From: Bacteroidota bacterium
Lineage (GTDB): Bacteria > Bacteroidota > Ignavibacteria > Kryptoniales > JAKASW01
Reading direction: 5' to 3'
Assembly (NCBI GenBank): GCA_021794075.1
Contig: JAJYRM010000009.1
Span: 2,523-66,522, forward strand
DNA length: 64,000 nt
Position numbers and translations under genes: made by a program. The notes beneath the pieces were generated by a model. It was not told the origin of the DNA, did no database searches, and was given only the letters and a program-made list of their open reading frames with translations. Positions 58,111 through 64,000 of the stretch are shown here, in pieces (position 1 is the stretch's first letter; each line of letters opens with the position of its first letter).

Positions 58111-59101
58111 AAAGATCAAGATCGGTGTAATCGGAGTTGGGCACCTGGGGCAAACGCACGCGCGTCTGCTCAAACAGGTTGCTGCAGCGGAACTTGTGGG
58201 GATCCATGACACGGACAAAACGAAGGCAGACGCGCTAGCTGGCGAACTTGGCGTGAGGGCTTTCACGTCGGTTGATGAGCTGGCCGCCTCGGTCGATGCG
58301 GTCTCGATTGTGGCGCCAACCAGCTACCACTACGAGCTTGCCACCCGTTTGATGGGCGAGGGCAAGCATTGCTTCATTGAGAAACCTGTTACTGTGACGG
58401 TCGAAGAAGCGGAAAAAATATGCGCTCTTGCCGACGAGAAGAAGGTCAAGGTTCAGGTCGGTCATGTGGAGAGATTCAATCCAGCTGTCCTTGCGCTATC
58501 GCATCTCAAGATCGAGCCGATGTTTGTCGAGTGCCACCGGCTGGCGCAGTTCAAACCGCGAGGGATCGACGTAGCAGTCGTGCTCGACCTTATGGTCCAC
58601 GATATCGACCTGATTTTAAATTTCGTCAAGAGTCCGGTCACGAGCATAGACGCGAGCGGCGTCGGAGTAATATCGGACACGGTCGACATCGCCAATGCAA
58701 GAATTAAGTTCGCGAACGGCGCGGTAGCCAACCTTACTTCGAGCAGGATTTCGCAGCATCCAATGAGGAAGATGCGGATGTTTCAGCGTGACGGTTACAT
58801 TTCGATAGATTTTGCCGAAGGAATAGCCGAAGTCTATCGGGCTACAAAAGCAGACTCCGCTATGCCGACGGGACTCAGCCTTGGGACGATCGGGATTGGT
58901 GACGCTACTCGTATCATTACGTACGAGCAACCGGAGGCTCCGCAGGTGAATTCACTTAAGATGGAGCTCGAGCTTTTCATACAGAGCATTATCGACAACA
59001 TGCCGACCGCAGTCGGGCCGAAGGATGCGCTCAACGTCATGATTGTGGCGGATTCCATTGTCAAACAAATAGAGGAATCGAAGAAACTCTTAAAATTGTA
59101 G
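58103..59101 (+). CDS. Gfo/Idh/MocA oxidoreductase (GnnA-like UDP-GlcNAc 3-dehydrogenase)
   Basis: GVGHLG, IEKP, QVGHVERFNPA, DLMVHDID, DIANARI-x-F, RKMRMFQ. Confidence 0.88.
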   Translation: MSEKIKIGVIGVGHLGQTHARLLKQVAAAELVGIHDTDKTKADALAGELGVRAFTSVDELAASVDAVSIVAPTSYHYELATRLMGEGKHCFIEKPVTVTVEEAEKICALADEKKVKVQVGHVERFNPAVLALSHLKIEPMFVECHRLAQFKPRGIDVAVVLDLMVHDIDLILNFVKSPVTSIDASGVGVISDTVDIANARIKFANGAVANLTSSRISQHPMRKMRMFQRDGYISIDFAEGIAEVYRATKADSAMPTGLSLGTIGIGDATRIITYEQPEAPQVNSLKMELELFIQSIIDNMPTAVGPKDALNVMIVADSIVKQIEESKKLLKL

Positions 59102-59102
59102 T

Positions 59103-60560
59103 ATGACGAACAAGAAAACATTTAAGATAAATGAGCCTATTCTCGCTGAACTCGGCGCGCTGGCCGATGACCTCAATTTGCAAGCGTACGTCGTTGGAGG
59201 TTACGTCAGGGATCTGATTATCGGGAAAGAGAGCAAAGATATCGATGTCATGGTCGTCGGCGATCCACTTCGGTTCGCCAGCAAGGCGGCTGAGCGGCTT
59301 AAAGCCACAAATGTGGTGGTATTCGAAAAGTTTCGAACGGCCCAGATGGCAGCGGGAGACACGAAAGTTGAAATCGTAGGCGCCAGGAGAGAGGCGTATG
59401 ATTCGGACTCAAGGAAGCCGAGAGTTCAAGAGGGGACGCTTGAAGAAGACCTATCGAGACGTGACTTCACGATAAATGCAATGGCTATTCGCATCAACAG
59501 GTCGGCATATCGAGGTGACATCGAAAGCGTGCGCTCCTCATCGAGCCAGGGAGAAATCTCAGGTGAGGTCGTGGATATCTTTGGCGGGATCGTAGCTCTT
59601 TCGGAGAAAATCATTGACACGCCGCTCGATCCCAGGGAAACTTTCAATGAAGATCCGCTTCGAATGCTTCGCGCGTTAAGATTCGCCTGCAGGTTTGAGT
59701 TCAAGCTCGCTCCTCGCGTCATGGAGGCGATTGTCTCGATGAGAGATAGGCTGGCTATCGTCTCGCAGGAGCGGATCACAGATGAGTTCATGAAAATCCT
59801 CTTCGCGGCGCGGCCATCGGTTGGCCTGAAGCTGATGCAGGACACCGGCATCATGAAGATGGTTTTCCCGGAGATAAGCGAAATGCCGGGAGTCGAACAA
59901 AGAAACGACCACCACCATAAAGATGTCTTCCTCCACACATTGAGCGTCGTGGATCATCTTGCCCAAGTTACAGACAACGTTTGGCTTCGCTTCGCCGGAC
60001 TTGTCCATGATATTGCAAAACCTGACACCAAGAAGTTCATCGAAGGCATTGGATGGACTTTTCACGGGCATGACGAAATTGGCGCTCGCCGGATGAAGAA
60101 GCTGTTCCAGCGGCTCCGTTTACCCGGCGACAAGCTTCCATATGTCGAGAAGTTGGTCAGACTGCATCTCCGTCCGATGGCTCTTGCGGTAGAAGGGGTG
60201 ACCGATTCCGCGGTACGCCGCCTTCTATTTGAAGCAGGTGACGATTTCGAGGACCTTATGAAGCTTTGTCGGGCAGACATAACCAGCAAGAACAAGAGAC
60301 TGATTGAGGAATACTCGAGCAATTATGACCTCGTTGAAGAGAGAGCAAAAGTCGTCGAAGAAAAGGATAAGATCCGGAACTGGCGTCCACCAATAAACGG
60401 CGAAGAAATAATGCAAATCTTTGGTCTTAAACCTGGAAAAGAGGTAGGGCTGCTGAAAAAGGCAGTCGAGAGTGCGGTACTTGACGGGCGAATAGCCAAT
60501 GATCATGACGCCGCTCTTTTGTTCCTCAGGGAAAACGGGGAAAAAATTCTCTCAAAATGA
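59103..60560 (+). CDS. cca: CCA tRNA nucleotidyltransferase with HD domain
   Basis: VGGYVRD, DID, R-x-E-x-Y-x3-SRKP flexible loop, EDLSRRDFTINAMA, EDPLRMLR, HDIAK. Confidence 0.92.
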   Translation: MTNKKTFKINEPILAELGALADDLNLQAYVVGGYVRDLIIGKESKDIDVMVVGDPLRFASKAAERLKATNVVVFEKFRTAQMAAGDTKVEIVGARREAYDSDSRKPRVQEGTLEEDLSRRDFTINAMAIRINRSAYRGDIESVRSSSSQGEISGEVVDIFGGIVALSEKIIDTPLDPRETFNEDPLRMLRALRFACRFEFKLAPRVMEAIVSMRDRLAIVSQERITDEFMKILFAARPSVGLKLMQDTGIMKMVFPEISEMPGVEQRNDHHHKDVFLHTLSVVDHLAQVTDNVWLRFAGLVHDIAKPDTKKFIEGIGWTFHGHDEIGARRMKKLFQRLRLPGDKLPYVEKLVRLHLRPMALAVEGVTDSAVRRLLFEAGDDFEDLMKLCRADITSKNKRLIEEYSSNYDLVEERAKVVEEKDKIRNWRPPINGEEIMQIFGLKPGKEVGLLKKAVESAVLDGRIANDHDAALLFLRENGEKILSK

Positions 60561-60586
60561 TGAAACAGTCACTTATCTAATCCGTC
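60561..60586 (+). promoter_or_regulatory. Putative ECF (SigW-like) promoter of the TolC-MacAB operon
   Basis: TGAAAC-N16-CGTC. Confidence 0.6.
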
Positions 60587-60642
60587 TAAGTAAAAGAGGC
60601 AATTAAAAGTCTGAATCTATTCATATTCTGAGGAGTTGTTCA

Positions 60643-61992
60643 ATGATCAAGAAACTGATGACTCTGGGTGTTATCTTTGTATTTACACCGATGGCATTTG
60701 GGCAGCAGGGAAGTGCCGTGAAGCAATTGACCCTCCAGGACTGTATAAACATCGCGCTGCACAGAAACACAAGCGTACTTCAGTCAGAGTTTCAATCGGA
60801 GAGTCAAGGGGCAAAGTTGTTGACCGCTTATGGAGCACTCTTGCCCAGCGTAAGTGCTGATGGCGAGTTCTCGTACCAATACAATCAAATAAAAAGCGGT
60901 GTACAGGTTGGAGGAGTTATTATCCCGCTGACGGCTACTTCGATATCGAGACGATACACTGCCGGTATCGGAGCGAACTACACGCTTTTCGATGGAATGG
61001 CTAACTTTGCAGGGCTGAACATGGTAAGGTCACAAAGTGCGTCCGCCAAACTTGGTTTTGACAGGGCGAAGCAGACCGGGGTCTACCAAACTATACAGAA
61101 TTACCTTGCGGTATTTAATGCGCGCGACCAGCTCAAGATAAGTGAGAATAATCTTAAAAGAGACCAGGGGCAGTTGGATCAGATCAAAGAATCGAACAGC
61201 GTCGGTTCAGCTTCGCTTGCCGATGTCTATCAGCAGCAGGCCGTAGTAAGCGGAGATGAGTATTCATTGGTTCAGGCCAAGAACGCCTACGAACAAGCCC
61301 AGGCAAACTTGAAATATTTTCTGAGTATTCCGGTTTCTGATGATGTTCAGTTTGCTGACCCGAGCGTAAGCAGCACTTTAGATACGACCCAATTCTCGGA
61401 ACTGAATGGCAAGTACAGCGATGTACCGGTATTGGTCCAAAGGGCTCTCGAAGCTAGGCCCGACTACAAAGCGGCTTTAGAGAACGTCAACGCTAGCAAG
61501 TCTCAGGTTGCGATAGCAAACGCGGCTTACTCTCCTACGATAAGCGCGTTTGCCAATTATGGCATAAACGGACCCGGCACAAGCACCATTAGTCAGAACA
61601 AAAGCTTTTACGGCGGCTTGCAGCTCACCCTTCCTATTTTCAATGGTTTCCAAACTCAAACGAATATTCAAGTAGCCGATGTAAACCTGAAAGCTGCCAG
61701 ACAAACACTGGATGCGACGAAGCAGCAGGTGCAGTTAGATATCTATAAAGCGCTTCTGAATCTTTATTCCGCTGAGAAAGGGTATGAATCAGCGGTAAAC
61801 GCTCTGGTCTATGCAAAGATCAACCTTGAAACCGCTCAAGAGAAGTATAAGGTCGGGAGCGGCACGCTGCTGGATGTGCTCACCGCTAACGCTCTTTACA
61901 CGCAGGACGAATCGAACCAGGTCGTGGCTGCCTACACATATATTCAGGCTAAGATGCAGGTGGAATACGCCACCGGAACAATCAAATACTGA
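60643..61992 (+). CDS. TolC family outer-membrane efflux protein
   Basis: Signal peptide, LTL-x2-CI-x2-AL-x2-N, two OEP repeats (TLFDG, LPIFNGF). Confidence 0.92.
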   Translation: MIKKLMTLGVIFVFTPMAFGQQGSAVKQLTLQDCINIALHRNTSVLQSEFQSESQGAKLLTAYGALLPSVSADGEFSYQYNQIKSGVQVGGVIIPLTATSISRRYTAGIGANYTLFDGMANFAGLNMVRSQSASAKLGFDRAKQTGVYQTIQNYLAVFNARDQLKISENNLKRDQGQLDQIKESNSVGSASLADVYQQQAVVSGDEYSLVQAKNAYEQAQANLKYFLSIPVSDDVQFADPSVSSTLDTTQFSELNGKYSDVPVLVQRALEARPDYKAALENVNASKSQVAIANAAYSPTISAFANYGINGPGTSTISQNKSFYGGLQLTLPIFNGFQTQTNIQVADVNLKAARQTLDATKQQVQLDIYKALLNLYSAEKGYESAVNALVYAKINLETAQEKYKVGSGTLLDVLTANALYTQDESNQVVAAYTYIQAKMQVEYATGTIKY

Positions 61993-62000
61993 GGAAAATA

Positions 62001-63281
62001 ATGGCGACAAAGAAAAAGAATAAGAAAATATTCATACTCTCTGGGGCAGGATTGCTCGTGGTGATTCTCGTGGCGGCCATAGTGATCGGCGGCAAGAAGG
62101 AACCGGTGATAACCGTGCAGACCGAGAAAGTCGCGCGCCGTACTATCACTCAAGTCGTGACGGCATCGGGCCAAGTCGAGCCGAAGGATCTGGTGGCAAT
62201 CAACCCGGAGGTGTCGGGTCAAATCGTCGATCTGCCAGTCGTAGAAGGGCAGAGGGTCGATAAGGGCCAGGTTATCGTGAAAATCCGGCCGGACCAGTAC
62301 ATCGCTCAGTTGCAACAGAGCGAGGCCCAATTACAGGCGGCAATGAGCCAGGAGAAGCTTGCAAAGGCTAATCTCACCAACGCGGAATCCCTGTACAAGC
62401 GAGCGCAGGCACTTTATGAGAAGAACCTCACGAGCGTGCAGGATCTGCAATCGGCGAAGACAACTTACGAAGTCGATAAGGCTACTTACGAGTCTTCCAA
62501 GGCTAATGTTGACCAGGCAAAGGCGCAGGTCGGAGTGAACCAGGACGCGCTAAACAAAACGACGATTCGTTCTCCCATGGATGGCGTGGTTACGGTTTTG
62601 AATTCGAAACTCGGCGAGACGGTCCTTGGAACGAGCTTCACGACAGGTACTGAAATCATGGATATTGCGAACATGAACTCAATGGAAGCCCAGGTAAACG
62701 TCGACGAGAACGACGTGGTGCTGGTTGCGGTCGGGGATACTTCTATTCTTTCAGTAGATGCGTTTCCAAACAAGAAGATCAAGGGAATTGTTTACCAGAT
62801 CGCGACTTCCGGAACGACGACGGGCGCGGGGACTCAGGACCAGGTCACAAATTTTCTGGTAAAGATTAAGATTATCGATCCGACCCAGTACAATCTGAAA
62901 CCGGGGATGTCAGTCACCGCGGATATCCAAACTGCCACGCATCGCAACGTTCTTTCAGTTCCGATTCAGAGCGTAACGATCAGGACTCCAAAAGTGCCGA
63001 AAGGCGAAGGTCAAGTTGCCCATAATATGAAGGGACAGGGAATGCGTGAGAAGGCCCAGGAGGTCGTCTTCGTGGTGAACAACGGAGTCGCTCACACCGT
63101 ACAGGTGAAGAGAGGCATAAGTGATGATAATTACGTCGAGATCACTTCCGGATTGAAAGAGGGCGAAGAGGTAGTGAGCGGAAGCTTCGTCGCTATCAGC
63201 AGAGAGTTGAACGATGGATCCAAAGTGAGAATAGAGAATAACAAGATGATGGCGATGCAGGCTGTAGGAGGCGGATCATGA
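62001..63281 (+). CDS. Efflux periplasmic adaptor subunit (MacA-like)
   Basis: N-terminal anchor, ASG-x-V-x-P, EVSG-x-I, coiled coil, [22 protein letters not shown]. Confidence 0.92.
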   Translation: MATKKKNKKIFILSGAGLLVVILVAAIVIGGKKEPVITVQTEKVARRTITQVVTASGQVEPKDLVAINPEVSGQIVDLPVVEGQRVDKGQVIVKIRPDQYIAQLQQSEAQLQAAMSQEKLAKANLTNAESLYKRAQALYEKNLTSVQDLQSAKTTYEVDKATYESSKANVDQAKAQVGVNQDALNKTTIRSPMDGVVTVLNSKLGETVLGTSFTTGTEIMDIANMNSMEAQVNVDENDVVLVAVGDTSILSVDAFPNKKIKGIVYQIATSGTTTGAGTQDQVTNFLVKIKIIDPTQYNLKPGMSVTADIQTATHRNVLSVPIQSVTIRTPKVPKGEGQVAHNMKGQGMREKAQEVVFVVNNGVAHTVQVKRGISDDNYVEITSGLKEGEEVVSGSFVAISRELNDGSKVRIENNKMMAMQAVGGGS

Positions 63282-64000
63282 AAGTCATCGAACTCGTAAA
63301 GGTCAACAAGGTCTACGACATGGGCGCTGAGGTTCAGGTCAACGCCCTGAAGGATATCTCTCTATCCATTGAGAGGGGCGAGTACGTCGCTATCATGGGA
63401 CCGTCGGGATCTGGCAAGACTACGCTTATGAATATCCTGGGCTGTCTCGATACACCTACAAGCGGCCTCTATCTATTTGACGGCGTGAACGTGAGTGACA
63501 TGGACGATAATGAACTCGCCAGGATACGCAACCAGGGAATTGGCTTCGTCTTCCAAACCTTCAACCTCATCCCTCGCTCCGACGCGCTGCATAACGTCGA
63601 ACTGCCGCTGATATACAGCGGGGTCCCGTCTGGCGAAAGGAAGGAAAGAGCTTTGAAGACGCTTGAGATGGTCGGTCTCGCGCAGAGAGTCCATCATAAG
63701 CCGAACGAACTTTCCGGCGGGCAGCGTCAACGGGTTGCGATAGCGCGTGCGCTCATCAACAATCCATCCATCATACTTGCCGACGAGCCGACGGGCAACC
63801 TTGATTCTAAAACAGGCGATGAAATAATGCTCTTCTTCGAGGAACTTCACGCGAAGGGTAACACGATTATTCTCGTGACGCACGAGGAGTATATCGCCGA
63901 ACACTCCAGGAGAATTATCAGAATCAAGGATGGCGAAATCGAAAGTGACCTGCCGATCGAGAAGAACGGCAAAGTGAAAATGACACATTCAAGCGAGAAG
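63278..64000 (+). CDS. ABC transporter ATP-binding protein, MacB/LolD type (3'-truncated)
   Basis: ATGA overlap with macA; [42 protein letters not shown]; no stop before the window end. Confidence 0.93.
   Translation, partial: MKVIELVKVNKVYDMGAEVQVNALKDISLSIERGEYVAIMGPSGSGKTTLMNILGCLDTPTSGLYLFDGVNVSDMDDNELARIRNQGIGFVFQTFNLIPRSDALHNVELPLIYSGVPSGERKERALKTLEMVGLAQRVHHKPNELSGGQRQRVAIARALINNPSIILADEPTGNLDSKTGDEIMLFFEELHAKGNTIILVTHEEYIAEHSRRIIRIKDGEIESDLPIEKNGKVKMTHSSEK

Noticed and set aside
63473-63988. 171-aa minus-strand ORF in the ORF track
   Set aside because: It is the antisense shadow of the plus-strand ABC ATPase starting at 63278, which the track missed because it has no stop in the window.
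1-64000. CRISPR array, prophage, integrase, transposase, retron or intron
   Set aside because: No regularly spaced direct repeats and no ORFs with cas, integrase, DDE, reverse transcriptase or phage structural motifs were seen.

Overview
A gene-dense, mostly housekeeping chromosomal window of roughly 50% GC (estimated by eye). It probably comes from an Ignavibacteria/Kryptonia-like member of the Bacteroidota-Chlorobi superphylum; this is inferred from a 'QNYPNPFNP...SGVYFYRL' T9SS-type C-terminal sorting domain, the futalosine gene mqnD and a bS22-type small ribosomal protein. It holds about 63 CDS and one tRNA-Pro(CGG). Main blocks: (1) polX, ferredoxins, nth, mqnD, aroQ, acpS; (2) ECF sigma, ZAS anti-sigma and a Spy-like gene; (3) nusB to lpxH and PBP1A; (4) an accessory CAZyme cluster (GH15-like, CE2, GH5_10-type mannanase with CBM and T9SS domains, GH94 phosphorylase); (5) an ABC-2 exporter; (6) a tightly packed mutS-herA-PP2C-tandem thyX-HK-uvrD operon behind a structured leader; (7) sppA, HU, TPR, bS22, nuclease, trpB2, EF-G2, wecB, cca; (8) a TolC-MacA-MacB operon cut by the window end. 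I saw no CRISPR array, prophage, integrase or transposase. Best leads: a candidate ~110-nt structured RNA before mutS; an orphan HerA inside the mutS-uvrD operon; a predicted ECF regulon; recurring leaderless-type promoters on membrane-protein genes; a non-canonical PolX; and the SusC/D-less mannan cluster. All product calls come from motif recognition, not database searches.
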